This document shows positions 44,648 to 54,637 of a DNA stretch of 64,000 bases, piece by piece. The stretch lies in the NCBI GenBank assembly GCA_020849765.1, contig JADLAY010000017.1, forward strand, positions 44,906-108,905, written 5' to 3'. This DNA comes from Anaerolineae bacterium (GTDB lineage: Bacteria > Chloroflexota > Anaerolineae > Aggregatilineales > Phototrophicaceae). Every line of letters starts with the position of its first letter. The first letter of the stretch is position 1. The notes under the pieces were generated by a model. The model made no database searches. It saw nothing but the letters and a program-made list of their open reading frames with translations, and was not told the origin of the DNA. The position numbers and the translations under genes were made by a program.

Positions 44648-46357
44648 CTAAACCCGCGCAGTTCCCAACGGAGTCGGCGCATCGGCGAAAGCGAGCGGCA
44701 AACGCACGCGGAAGGTGCTGCCTTTGCCAGGCATGCTCTCGACCTCGATCGTGCCTTCGTGCGCGTCGACCACCATCTTGGCGATGGTCAGCCCCAGGCC
44801 CAGCCCGGCGCGCGAAGGCGTGCGCGCACCATCGACTTTGTAGAACGGCTCGAAGATGCGCGTCAACTGGTCGGCGGCGATGCCCTCACCCGTGTCGCTG
44901 ACCTCGACCACCATGTGGCGGCGTTCGGCTTCGGCGCACAGGATGATGCGCCCGCCCTCGGCAGTGTGCGCCAGCGCGTTTTCGATCAGATGCGTGAAGG
45001 CGATCTGCAGTTTGGCCTCGTCGGCTTTGACGAATGGCAGGCCGTCATCCATCTGGACGAGGAAGGTCAGCTTGCGCGTGGTCGCCCTGGGCATGTAGTG
45101 CTCGTTGAGGCGGATCAAAAGCGGGCGGATGTCGACCGGCAGCGGTTTCGGATCGTTGACCGCGGTGATCAGCGACAGGTTGGCGATCTGTGTGTTCATC
45201 TGAAAGACGGAATCGCGAATCGCCGACAGGCTCTGATCGATGCGCTGGCTGTCACCGCCATCTTCCAGGATCTTGCCGATCACGTAGCGCGCGCTCTCGA
45301 CGCGGGAGAGGCGTGTGCGGAAATCGTGCGAGACGGCCTGCACGAACTGGTTGAGCAGCGCAAACCGCTCGTGCTGGAGGGTAAGCTGCCAGCGCTGTTC
45401 TTCCTCGCGTTTGCGCGCCGTAATATCGACCACCGCACCATAGTGGCCGATCACGCGTGTGTGGGCGACGTTCCAGTTCGGCACGCGTTTGATCGACAAC
45501 CAGCGCAGCTCGCCATCCTTGCGGAAGATGCGATATTCGCTTTCGACGAGCTGCCCGGAGATGACCGCCCGCAGCCCATCCTGCGCCTTGGCCATGTCAT
45601 CCGGGTGGACAATCGAGAGCACTTCCTCGGCGGGCAGTTCTTCAAAGCTGTAGCCGGTGATGTCCTCGAACGCGTCGGTGATCCACTCGCGCACGTAGCG
45701 CCCGCTGCTGTTGAGCCGGTGATAGAAGGTGTAATCCGACGTCAGGTCGGAGATCATGCGATAGCGATCCTGGCTGGCCTGGAGCGCATGCTGCTTGTTG
45801 GTCTCTTTGCGTTTCCAGTGATAGAGAAAGATCAGGCTGTAGATGCCCGCGATCAGGTTGAAGGCAAGCGGGCCTTCGATGATGTCTTGCAGCGGAACAC
45901 CGAGCACGTACGGCCCGCCGACGAACATCAGGGCACAATAGGTCAGCATGATCACGAACGCGCTGCTGATAGAGACAAACGACGCGGAGAAGATGACGAC
46001 GTTGATCAGGTAGTAGAGGATGTCCATGCCGCGATGCCCGGACAGCAGACCGGACACCAGCAGCGTGATCATGGTCGCTACGCCCGCCCCGGTGAGGACG
46101 GTCGCGCGCAGTTGGCCGTAACGGCTGAAGACGTAAGCGACGATGTAGAGGAAGGCGCTGGCGACGATGACCAGCACTTCGGCGGGGCGCTGGCGCCAGA
46201 CCAGGGGCAGGATGACGATGGTGCTGAAGAGGGACAGCAGCACCACCACCACGCTCAGCGAGGCGAGTGACTGCACATCGTAACGGCGATCGTCGTCCTC
46301 TACTTCGACCCAGGGCGCTGTGATCCTGTTCCAGAGGGACATGAATCGCGTGCGCAT
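44648..46357 (-). CDS. Membrane sensor histidine kinase (multi-TM + PAS + HisKA + HATPase_c)
   Basis: H-box VSHDFRTRLS. G-boxes DTGEGI and GLGLGLTIAK. PAS-like region. Start uncertain (ATG 46357 chosen; the listed TTG is at 46453). Confidence 0.8.
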   Translation of the reverse strand: MRTRFMSLWNRITAPWVEVEDDDRRYDVQSLASLSVVVVLLSLFSTIVILPLVWRQRPAEVLVIVASAFLYIVAYVFSRYGQLRATVLTGAGVATMITLLVSGLLSGHRGMDILYYLINVVIFSASFVSISSAFVIMLTYCALMFVGGPYVLGVPLQDIIEGPLAFNLIAGIYSLIFLYHWKRKETNKQHALQASQDRYRMISDLTSDYTFYHRLNSSGRYVREWITDAFEDITGYSFEELPAEEVLSIVHPDDMAKAQDGLRAVISGQLVESEYRIFRKDGELRWLSIKRVPNWNVAHTRVIGHYGAVVDITARKREEEQRWQLTLQHERFALLNQFVQAVSHDFRTRLSRVESARYVIGKILEDGGDSQRIDQSLSAIRDSVFQMNTQIANLSLITAVNDPKPLPVDIRPLLIRLNEHYMPRATTRKLTFLVQMDDGLPFVKADEAKLQIAFTHLIENALAHTAEGGRIILCAEAERRHMVVEVSDTGEGIAADQLTRIFEPFYKVDGARTPSRAGLGLGLTIAKMVVDAHEGTIEVESMPGKGSTFRVRLPLAFADAPTPLGTARV

Positions 46358-46577
46358 CGTTTCGATGGAATTCCGCGTGATAATGATTGACCTCGACGAA
46401 CTGTTCCCCAGGCGTCCCCATGCCTCATTCACATTGCCAAACGTTGGTGGCAATCCGATGCTGTTCCGCGCGCATCCTGGCAGCGCTTTCGATCTTTAGT
46501 CGATCACAGTATACGGGCAATCTTCGATTCCGAGTCGCGTAATTGATCCGCCGTCCGCTTATGTTGGCGAATGCGCC

Positions 46578-48101
46578 TCAGCCGCCCACCTGCGCCAGCG
46601 CCAGGTCGATCCGGCGCAGCGTTTCGTCCTTGCCGATGATCTCCATCGTCTCGAAGGTCGGCGTCGAAATCGTCTGGCCGGTGACCGCAACGCGCAGGAC
46701 GCCGAACAACTGGCCGTTGCTCAGGCCAAGCTCTTCTGTCAGCGGCTGGATGGCATCGTGCAGCGCCTGCGTCGTGAAGTCGTCGACGCCCGCCAGCATT
46801 GCGCGCGAACGCGCCAGCGCCTGGGCCGTGGCCGCCGCGTCCATCTTCTTCTGGATGATCGCCTCGGCGGGCGCGGGCGTGAACTCCGGCTTGAAGAAGA
46901 AGCCCGCTAAGCCAACGACTTCGTTGAGCGTCTTGATGCGCGTCTGCACCTGCGGTGTCACCTTGAGCAGCAAATCCTGATCGACGGTCAGCCCGGCATC
47001 TTCGAGCGGCTTGCGCAGACGGGCGGCCAGTTCGTCGACCGGCAGTTCGCGGATGTGCAGGCCGTTGAGCCATTCGAGCTTCTCGGTCGGGAAGGTCGAG
47101 TTGGCCTCGTTGATGCGTTCGAGTTCGAAGCGCTCGACGGCATCTTTGATGTAGAAGAATTCGCGGTCATCGCCAAAGTTCCAGCCGATGTTGGCCAGGA
47201 AGTTATCCAGCGCCTCCGGCAGATAACCGGCTTTCATGAAGTCGTGCGCCATGACCGGGATCGGGTTGCCGTGCTTATCCTTCGGCGGCTTGCGTTTGCT
47301 CAGCTTGCCCTTGCCGTCCGGGTTGAGGATGACCGGCAGATGCGCATAGATCGGCGGCTCCCAGCCGAACGCCAGCCACAACTGCCAGTGCACCGGCAGC
47401 GACGGCAGCCATTCGACAGCGCGCATCACGTGCGAGATCTCCATAAAGTGATCGTCGACGACGTGCGCCAGATGATAGGTCGGCAGGCCGTCGGCCTTGA
47501 GCAGCACCATGTCCTGGAGCGTGGCATTTTCGAAGACGACGCGCCCGCGTATCACGTCCTCGATGGCCGTGTCACCTTCGAGCGGCATCTTGAAGCGGAC
47601 GACCGGCACGCGCCCCTCCGCTTCGAAGGCGGCGCGCTCGTCGGCGCTGAGCGTGCGATGCTGGCGGTTGTAGCCCGGCGGCTGCTTGCGCGCCATCTGC
47701 TCCTTGCGCATCTGATCGAGTTCTTCCGCCGTCTCGTAAGCGTAGTAGGCTTTGTCGTTTTCGATCAGCCAGTTCGCCCATGTCTGATAGAGTTCCCGCC
47801 GTTCGCTCTGGATGTAGGGGCCGTAATCGCCGCCGACGTCCGGGCCTTCATCCCAGTTCAGACCCGCCCAGCGCAGCGCCTCGGTCAATTCTTCGAGCGA
47901 GTGCGGCTCGTAGCGTTTCTGGTCGGTGTCTTCGATGCGCAGGATGAACCTGCCGCCGTGGCGCCGGGCGAACATCCAGTTGAAGAGCGCCGTGCGCAGG
48001 CCGCCGATGTGCAGCGAGCCGGTCGGGCTGGGCGCGAAGCGTGTGCGCACGGGACGGTTGGGTATCGGTTCAGTCACGAGTCGTCTCCTGAGGGTCGACA
48101 T
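46578..48101 (-). CDS. gltX: Glutamate--tRNA ligase
   Basis: RTRFAPSPTGSLHIGG (HIGH) and KLSKRK (KMSKS). Alternative start GTG 48077, preceded by AGGAGA. Confidence 0.9.
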   Translation of the reverse strand: MSTLRRRLVTEPIPNRPVRTRFAPSPTGSLHIGGLRTALFNWMFARRHGGRFILRIEDTDQKRYEPHSLEELTEALRWAGLNWDEGPDVGGDYGPYIQSERRELYQTWANWLIENDKAYYAYETAEELDQMRKEQMARKQPPGYNRQHRTLSADERAAFEAEGRVPVVRFKMPLEGDTAIEDVIRGRVVFENATLQDMVLLKADGLPTYHLAHVVDDHFMEISHVMRAVEWLPSLPVHWQLWLAFGWEPPIYAHLPVILNPDGKGKLSKRKPPKDKHGNPIPVMAHDFMKAGYLPEALDNFLANIGWNFGDDREFFYIKDAVERFELERINEANSTFPTEKLEWLNGLHIRELPVDELAARLRKPLEDAGLTVDQDLLLKVTPQVQTRIKTLNEVVGLAGFFFKPEFTPAPAEAIIQKKMDAAATAQALARSRAMLAGVDDFTTQALHDAIQPLTEELGLSNGQLFGVLRVAVTGQTISTPTFETMEIIGKDETLRRIDLALAQVGG

Positions 48102-48124
48102 GAGTGCGGATGATGAATGGCGGC

Positions 48125-48133
48125 ATTATACCA
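48125..48133 (-). promoter_or_regulatory. Extended -10 element (TGGTATAAT) of the gltX promoter
   Basis: The minus strand reads TGGTATAAT. It lies between the upstream hairpin and the gltX start. Confidence 0.45.
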
Positions 48134-48160
48134 GTCGTCGCCAGGGATTTTGAGCCGTGA

Positions 48161-48200
48161 GGGGAAAAGAAATAAGGGCACGCTTGTGGCGTACCCTTAT
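48161..48200 (-). terminator. Rho-independent terminator-like hairpin
   Basis: Minus strand: ATAAGGGTACGC-N5-GCGTGCCCTTAT followed by TTCTTTTCCCC. Confidence 0.5.
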
Positions 48201-48266
48201 GTATCGCGATGGTGAGCGACGTAGGCTTGAATGATCGCGTTAAATTTAGAGTAGGGCACTTTTGCG

Positions 48267-48297
48267 TAAAAAAGAATTAAGGAATCTCAATTCTTCC
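48267..48297 (-). terminator. Rho-independent terminator of the 762-aa gene
   Basis: Minus strand: AAGAATT-N10-AATTCTT followed by TTTTT, about 35 nt after the stop at 48331. Confidence 0.55.
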
Positions 48298-48330
48298 AAC
48301 ACATCTCAATTTACTAACAAAAGTGCCGTT

Positions 48331-50619
48331 TCAAGTGGGCGACACGGGGTTACCCGCAAAGCCGTCCTCGTCCTGCGCCGACGTGCCTTCGCTCTTGTGC
48401 AGTTGCTTGCGCGCCTGCTGCCCTCGCGATCCGTTCGGGTCGAGCGCGAGCGCCTGCTCAAAATGGGCGCGCGCCGCGTCCGGTTGGCCGCACTGCTGCA
48501 GAATCTGCGCATATTCGACGTGCATCGAGGCAGCGATCACGAGCAGCTTCATCGCGCGGTCGTTCGCCGTCTGGGTGGCAAGCGCCAGCGCCTCATCACA
48601 GCGCGCATTGAAGGCCAACGCGAGCGCGTGCGACATCTGCCTGCCCAAGCGGCCATAATCCGCCAGCGCATTGCCGATCAAGGGCCGCGAGTCAAACTGA
48701 CTCGCCACGTCGATCATGTCCAGCGCCCGCGCCGGGTCGGACTCCGTGTTCAGGTAGTAATGTGCAAGACCCTCGTAGCCGATCGCCAGCTCCGGCGCGA
48801 GGCGAGTCGCCGCCTCGAGATACGGCAGCGCCTCGTCGTGGCGCTCCATGTTGATCAGGCAGTAGCCGATGTTCGCGACCAGCATGGCGACGTTCTGCTG
48901 CGCCATAACGCCAGGTCTGCGCACAATCTCGCGCAAGAGCGGCAGCGCCTCTTCGTGCCGCCCCGCCAGCAGCAGCCCGTAGATCTGCCAGATCGGATTG
49001 CCATGTTTGGCGGCCTGCGCGTCGGTCTCATCCGGCGGATAGCCGTTGCGTTCCAGCAGGTGATCATAGTCGCCATGCATGAGCAGACGGACGTTCGTCC
49101 GCGTGTTCGTGTCGCCGAGCGAGAGCAGATAACCGCTGACGAGCGAGCGCGCGAGAACGTAGCCCAGCCCCGCGCTGAGGGCGAACTCGACTGCAATGCG
49201 CGCAGAATCGATCAATTCCGTGAGCACGAACAGCATGCCGGTCATCGCGATCAGCATGAACGCGACCTGCACGAAGTAGCTGAGGATGAAATGCCGGGCA
49301 TTCAAGGGATTGGGCACTGCGTCTTGCGCGTCGAATTCCGGCAGCGACGCCAGGATGGCGCGCGTTTCGGCCCAGCGGCGGCGGCTCTGTCGAAAATTCG
49401 GGATGTAGCGCAGGAAGAAATCGGCGGCGATCAGCAGCAACGGCGTGAGCAGGGAGAGCATCGAACCGGCAATGATACCGTCAGGATCATCGACCGATGC
49501 GGTGGTACCACGATTGAACACGGTCAGCAGGAGCGAGTCATCCGGGCCGGGGGCGAGTTGAACCGGAACCCCGTCCCCCACGTCAGGCAGATTCGCTCTC
49601 CAATGCCAGGTATCGTCCTCGTAAACGTAGACGGCGTCGCCGCTACCTACCCATACGCGCTCACCCAGGACAGCGCCAGCCCAGATGTAATCTTTCATGC
49701 CAATCGAATCCGGCCAGAATTCTTCAGTCTTGCCGTCACGGGTATCAAGGCGCTGCACGCCATAGCCATCCAGATACCAGATCGCCTCACCGGTGGCGCC
49801 GACCAACGAAAGGTACCCGTAGTACTGCGCGGACTCTGAACCCGCGGGCTGCCAGCCATCGCCATCGAAACGCCACAGCCCGCGGTAGCTCAGCCAGAGC
49901 GAGCCATCTGCCATGCGGATGAAGACCGGGGGATAAATCTCGTCGTAGAAATCCTCTTCAATCGACACCCCAGGCAGCGCTTTGATGACCGGCGTGTGCT
50001 TCCAGGCACCCTGCCAGAAGCGCGACAGATTGTTATCGGCGTCGATGACGAAGACACCGTACTCACCCGCGGCGATCGCAAGCGGGACATCCGTCAGCAG
50101 CGTGTCCCGGAACACCTCCCAATGCGCCCCATCAAAGTGGAAGATGTCGCTGCCCGTGGCGCCCCAGAGTTGCTCACCATCGGTGGTGATGCGTGTGTTA
50201 TCGTGCAGTTCGACGCCGGTCGAAAACGATGGATACGAAACCCACAGACCGTTGCGATAGCGACTGAGCAAGCCGCCATCGCCATCGACCGCCCACAGCG
50301 CGCCCGCGTCGTCCATGACCAGATTGATCGTATCCGCCATCACGTCGCCTGACGGCAGGTCGAAGCGGGCCCACTCGCCGCTCGCATCCAGGCGATAGAG
50401 TTGCAGTGAGGGCAGCGTGATTCGGTAGGTGAGGACGACTGCCGGGATCAGCAGAATCAGCAGGATGGCGGCGATGGCATAGAAGCGGATGCGGGCAGCG
50501 CGCCGGTAGCGCTTCCCCTGGGCGATCAAAGCGGGGAGATCGAGGTTGTCATGCGCGGCCAAGGGATGCTCCAGTGCATGTGACGATATCCTTAGCATAA
50601 GGCCGCGCACGATGTTCAT
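48331..50619 (-). CDS. Membrane protein: N-terminal TM, extracytoplasmic beta-propeller-like region, multi-TM block, C-terminal TPR repeats
   Basis: 762 aa. Repeated ..G.LW..DG.. blades. TM cluster around aa 400-520. TPR-like C-terminus (..EALPLLREI.., ..YYLNTESDPARAL..). Confidence 0.6.
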   Translation of the reverse strand: MNIVRGLMLRISSHALEHPLAAHDNLDLPALIAQGKRYRRAARIRFYAIAAILLILLIPAVVLTYRITLPSLQLYRLDASGEWARFDLPSGDVMADTINLVMDDAGALWAVDGDGGLLSRYRNGLWVSYPSFSTGVELHDNTRITTDGEQLWGATGSDIFHFDGAHWEVFRDTLLTDVPLAIAAGEYGVFVIDADNNLSRFWQGAWKHTPVIKALPGVSIEEDFYDEIYPPVFIRMADGSLWLSYRGLWRFDGDGWQPAGSESAQYYGYLSLVGATGEAIWYLDGYGVQRLDTRDGKTEEFWPDSIGMKDYIWAGAVLGERVWVGSGDAVYVYEDDTWHWRANLPDVGDGVPVQLAPGPDDSLLLTVFNRGTTASVDDPDGIIAGSMLSLLTPLLLIAADFFLRYIPNFRQSRRRWAETRAILASLPEFDAQDAVPNPLNARHFILSYFVQVAFMLIAMTGMLFVLTELIDSARIAVEFALSAGLGYVLARSLVSGYLLSLGDTNTRTNVRLLMHGDYDHLLERNGYPPDETDAQAAKHGNPIWQIYGLLLAGRHEEALPLLREIVRRPGVMAQQNVAMLVANIGYCLINMERHDEALPYLEAATRLAPELAIGYEGLAHYYLNTESDPARALDMIDVASQFDSRPLIGNALADYGRLGRQMSHALALAFNARCDEALALATQTANDRAMKLLVIAASMHVEYAQILQQCGQPDAARAHFEQALALDPNGSRGQQARKQLHKSEGTSAQDEDGFAGNPVSPT

Positions 50620-50743
50620 GCGTAAATGTGGCGCTCAGGCGAGGAGGTTTTTACGCATGAGGGATTGTCGAAAACGAGCACCGCTTCTTGCGCACGCCTG
50701 GGGTAAAATCAGCCGCATGAACCTCGATACTGTGAACCGGTAG

Positions 50744-52000
50744 ATGTCTATGGCAACCATTCGCGAACTTCGCTGCTCGCTCTGCAATCACACTTACGCG
50801 CCGGACGCCGTCGCCTACACCTGCCCCGTCTGCGGCGAGGTCGGCACGCTCGACGTGCTCTATGACTACGACGCCCTGCGCGCGACGCTCGACCGCGATG
50901 CGATCGGCGCCAGCCGCGAGGTGTCAATGTGGCGCTATCGAGCGCTGCTGCCGCTCGGCGACGATGCCGAAGTCCCGCCGCTGCGCGTGGGTGGCACGCC
51001 GTTCTATCACGCGCCGCGCCTGGCCGCCGATCTCGGATTGCGCGCGGCCTGGGTCAAGGACGACGGCCTCAACCCGACCGGCTCGCTCAAAGACCGCGCC
51101 AGCGCCATGATCGTCGCCCGCGCGCTTGAGGGCCGCATCCCGGTCGTCTCGACGGCGAGCACGGGCAATGCGGCGGCGGCACTGGCCGGGGTCGGCGCAT
51201 CGGTCGGTGCGGATCGCGTGCGGATCGTCATCTTCGTGCCCGCCAGCGCGCCGGAAGCCAAGATCGCGCAGCTACTCGTCTACGGCGCGACGGTCGTGCT
51301 GGTCGAGGATAGCTACGACGTCGCCTTCGACCTGTGCTTCGCCATCTGCCAGGAGCAGGGCTGGTACTGCCGCAACACCGGCATCAACCCGTTCACCGCC
51401 GAGGGCAAGAAGACCGTCGCCTTCGAGATCGCCGAGGCGCTCGGCTGGCGCGCGCCGGATGCGCTGGTCGTCAGCGTCGGCGACGGCAACATCATCGCCG
51501 GGGTGCACAAGGGCTTCAGCGATCTGCAGCGCCTGGGCTGGATTGACAGGATTCCGCGGTTGATCGGTGTACAAGCAGAAGGCAGCTCGCCACTCGTGCA
51601 CGCGTGGCAGAACGGCACCGCCGCGCAGGACATGCCGCCGGAAGATGCGCAGACGCTGGCGGACAGCATCAGCGCGGGCATCCCGCGCGATCGAGCCAAG
51701 GCGCTGCGGGCGGTGCGCGAGACGAACGGCGCCTTCATCGCCCTGCCGGATGAGGCGATCCTGGCGGCGATCCCGACGTTTGCGCGGCTGACCGGAGTCT
51801 TCGCCGAGCCGTCCGCCGCCTCAATTTACGCCGGGGCGCGACGTGCTGTAGAATTGGGATATCTACACCCGGAGGACGAGGTCGTCTTCCTGGCGACCGG
51901 CAGCGGCCTGAAGGACGTCCGCCGCGCGCAGCAATCCGTCAGCGGTGGGCTGCGCGTGCCGCCGACGCTGGAGGCGATCCGGCAGGTGTTAGGTCTCTGA
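50744..52000 (+). CDS. thrC: Threonine synthase-like PLP-dependent enzyme with an N-terminal zinc ribbon
   Basis: CSLC..CPVC ribbon. PLP-lysine motif NPTGSLKDRAS. STASTGNAAAALA. Confidence 0.75.
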   Translation: MSMATIRELRCSLCNHTYAPDAVAYTCPVCGEVGTLDVLYDYDALRATLDRDAIGASREVSMWRYRALLPLGDDAEVPPLRVGGTPFYHAPRLAADLGLRAAWVKDDGLNPTGSLKDRASAMIVARALEGRIPVVSTASTGNAAAALAGVGASVGADRVRIVIFVPASAPEAKIAQLLVYGATVVLVEDSYDVAFDLCFAICQEQGWYCRNTGINPFTAEGKKTVAFEIAEALGWRAPDALVVSVGDGNIIAGVHKGFSDLQRLGWIDRIPRLIGVQAEGSSPLVHAWQNGTAAQDMPPEDAQTLADSISAGIPRDRAKALRAVRETNGAFIALPDEAILAAIPTFARLTGVFAEPSAASIYAGARRAVELGYLHPEDEVVFLATGSGLKDVRRAQQSVSGGLRVPPTLEAIRQVLGL

Positions 52001-52013
52001 GGCGAACAGAACG

Positions 52014-52081
52014 CCTCACCCCCGTCTCGCTCCGCTTCGACTCCCCCTCTCTGTGCGCGGAGAAGGGGTTGGGGGGTGAGG
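52014..52081. repeat. Hairpin repeat element (family B), short copy 3
   Basis: CCTCACCCCC .. CTCCCCCTCTC-TGTGCGC-GGAGAAGGGG-TTGGGGGGTGAGG. Confidence 0.6.
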
Positions 52082-52177
52082 TTCATGGATAGGTCTTAGT
52101 TGAATTCGATGAGTGCACACGATCAGAAGCTTGATCTGGGCACCGCACATCCTGAAGGGCGAAATGGGGAACGGCAC

Positions 52178-53185
52178 ATGACATCACATCCCCGTTATTC
52201 AATCGTCGCGCCCATCTTCAACGAAGAGGGCAATATCCCCCTGCTCTATGACCGCATGTGTAGGGTCATGGACGGGCTGGGCGAACCGTGGGAGATGATC
52301 TGCGTCAACGACGGCAGCCGCGACCGCTCGGCGGAGCTGCTCGACGAACTGGCCGCGCGCGATTCACGGATCAAGGCGATCCACTTCGCGCGCAACTTCG
52401 GCCACCAGATCGCGGTCACGGCGGGCATCGACTACGCGCTGGGCGACGCGGTCATTCTGATCGACGCCGACCTGCAAGACCCGCCGGAGTTGATCGTTGA
52501 CATGGTCGAGCGCTGGAAGGCGGGCTACGAGGTCGTCTATGCCACGCGCGAACGGCGCGAGGGCGAAACGTGGTTCAAGATCTTCACCGCGCACATGTTC
52601 TACCGCGTCATCCATGCCATCACCGACGTGCACATCCCGGTTGATACAGGTGACTTCCGGCTGATGGATCGGCGCGTGGTCGACGTGCTCAAGTCGATGC
52701 GCGAGCACAGCCGTTTCATCCGCGGCATGACGAGCTGGGTCGGCTTCCGCCAGATCGGCGTCAGCTACGTGCGCGATCAACGGCACTCCGGCGAGACCAA
52801 ATACCCCCTGCGCAAGATGATCCGCTTCGCGCTCGATGCCATCACCGGCTTCTCGTTCTGGCCGCTGCAGATCATGATCTACGTCGCGCTGCTGCTCGGC
52901 GTGCTGGCGCTGCTGGCGATCCCGTTCGTGACGATCATGCGCGTGGCGACGGATACCCTCTGGTTCGAGGGTCAGGCGACCACCATCATCCTGCTGCTGC
53001 TGCTGAGTTCGTTCCAGTTGTTCTTCCTGTTCGTTCTCGGCCAGTACGTCGCGCGCACATATGACGAGACGCGCAACCGGCCGCTCTACGTCGTCGCGCG
53101 CACCGAGGGTTTCGACAGTCAGGATACGGACAAGCACCTGCCACTGCTGACCGAGGAAGCGTTCGAAGTCGAGAGCGGCGACTGA
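52178..53185 (+). CDS. GT2 polyprenyl-phosphate glycosyltransferase (ArnC/GtrB/DPM1-like)
   Basis: YSIVAPIFNEEGNI, CVNDGSRD and LIDADLQDPPE (DXD) motifs. Two C-terminal TM helices. ATG 52178. Confidence 0.85.
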   Translation: MTSHPRYSIVAPIFNEEGNIPLLYDRMCRVMDGLGEPWEMICVNDGSRDRSAELLDELAARDSRIKAIHFARNFGHQIAVTAGIDYALGDAVILIDADLQDPPELIVDMVERWKAGYEVVYATRERREGETWFKIFTAHMFYRVIHAITDVHIPVDTGDFRLMDRRVVDVLKSMREHSRFIRGMTSWVGFRQIGVSYVRDQRHSGETKYPLRKMIRFALDAITGFSFWPLQIMIYVALLLGVLALLAIPFVTIMRVATDTLWFEGQATTIILLLLLSSFQLFFLFVLGQYVARTYDETRNRPLYVVARTEGFDSQDTDKHLPLLTEEAFEVESGD

Positions 53186-53493
53186 CCATCGTCGCGCCGT
53201 ATCGGCACAGTCGGATACTCCAGATCAATCACCTTACGGCGAAGTCGTGCAAATGGACAGAAAGTGTGCACGCGTTCGCCGGACGTTGAAACGCCTGGCT
53301 ATAGCTCATTAAGCGCACTAAAGGCGCTTCATTATCGTTCTTGGTCTATTCTAGCCCCTTCAGTGGGTTTGATTTTTGTTAGCCGTGCGGCTTCAGCCAA
53401 CGGCGGCAACAGCCGAATCATCCACAAGAAATGCATCGCCGTCCCCATCTGTCATCCATTCTCATCTTGTCACTGTCTTCAGACAAATATGAG

Positions 53494-53520
53494 AGGGTGC
53501 GCCGCGATGCACCCTTTTTC
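53494..53520 (+). terminator. Rho-independent terminator with no CDS upstream (candidate 3' end of an ncRNA)
   Basis: AGGGTGC-GCCGCGAT-GCACCCT followed by TTTTT. Confidence 0.6.
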
Positions 53521-53596
53521 GATTCCTTTGCGTGCCTTTCCTCGCGTTTCGGGGTTTAATAAAACGTAGAGAGCGCCTCATGGCGGGGGGTAACAG

Positions 53597-53836
53597 GTGT
53601 TGCAAGACGATACGATGACACGAGAACAGCTCAAAGAAGTGTTGGAGTACCGCAAGCTGGTGCTGCTCTACGAAGCGGTCGATGCTGAAATCGATCAACT
53701 GATCATGCAGCACGGCGGGCGCAGCGAAGACATGCCAGACGCAGACCGCGACCGCTATCGCGATCTGGCACGCCAGCGCGACGATCTGCAGAACGACATG
53801 CGCGCGATGGAGCAGCGCCTGCTCGACGAAGAGTAG
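53597..53836 (+). CDS. Small charged coiled-coil protein, function unknown
   Basis: 79 aa from GTG 53597 (G-rich RBS), or 73 aa from ATG 53615. Natural helical, charged composition. Confidence 0.45.
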   Translation: MLQDDTMTREQLKEVLEYRKLVLLYEAVDAEIDQLIMQHGGRSEDMPDADRDRYRDLARQRDDLQNDMRAMEQRLLDEE

Positions 53837-53845
53837 CGCTCAGCC

Positions 53846-54436
53846 TTAATCGCGGCGCAGGATCAACCAACCCACGATCATAATCGCCGCCCCCGCCGCC
53901 ACCAGGAAGACCATGTTATCGGTTGGCGCGGGCGGGGCAGAGATGCGCGTGCGTTCCTCCTCGGTACGCGCACGACGACGCGCCAGTTCCAGTTCGAGAC
54001 TTTGCAACCCCATCGCCATCGCCCACCTGTGATTCGCGCTGAAGATCGGGCGCAGCAGCGGCGTCAGCGTCTTGAGCAGCGGTTTCTCCGCGCGGATCGT
54101 CCACTCGTAGGTCGCGACCACCCAATCGCCATCCTGCGCGAAGGTCCACTCCCCGTGGCCGACGAAATCACCCTTCGCCTCCAGCAAAATGCGCTTGCCC
54201 CGCTCGATCTCAGCCACGCGAAAGTCCCAGCGCAGCGTGTACGGCAGCCAGCCCTTGGTGTAGAGGCTGATCTCCTCGCCGATGCCGTTCGCATCGCCCG
54301 GCTTGATCCGCTGCACGCCCAGGTAGACGGCGGGCCACCAGCGCGGCAGATCGGTCGCGTCCGCCAGGACGTCCATCACCTCGTCGACCGTCCCCCACAC
54401 CCGCCACTGCGTGATGAAGTGATACTGGTTGTCCAT
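53846..54436 (-). CDS. SRPBCC (START/polyketide-cyclase-like) family protein with a C-terminal TM
   Basis: MDNQYHFITQWRVWGTVDEVMDVLADATDLPRWWP.. ATG 54434-54436 with AAGGAG 8 nt upstream. The C-terminal MVFLVAAGAAIMIVGWLIL is a TM helix. Confidence 0.7.
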   Translation of the reverse strand: MDNQYHFITQWRVWGTVDEVMDVLADATDLPRWWPAVYLGVQRIKPGDANGIGEEISLYTKGWLPYTLRWDFRVAEIERGKRILLEAKGDFVGHGEWTFAQDGDWVVATYEWTIRAEKPLLKTLTPLLRPIFSANHRWAMAMGLQSLELELARRRARTEEERTRISAPPAPTDNMVFLVAAGAAIMIVGWLILRRD

Positions 54437-54637
54437 GCTGATGTGCTCCTTGGGCACTGTGACCGGATGGCGGGAATGCTAGCACGAAGGGGCGAGGATC
54501 TCCCATACTAGATGATCCGTAGCTGGCCGCAACAGCCTTGCCGCGTGCCTAAGGCGAGACCTCAGTCAGGGAATTCGAAGCTGGTTTCGGAAGCAATGCC
54601 TTGTCGGAGCGCCACTCGATAGGCACCAAAACGATCA

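Noticed and set aside
48161-48200. Hairpin + U-tract upstream of gltX as a T-box or attenuator
   Set aside because: The TGGTATAAT promoter element lies downstream of the hairpin (between it and the gltX start). I saw no specifier or T-box consensus. It is more simply a terminator for the upstream gene.
53264-53569. 101-aa plus-strand ORF
   Set aside because: Cys/Ser/His-rich, non-protein-like composition with no RBS, and it runs through an intrinsic terminator. The region is treated as non-coding.
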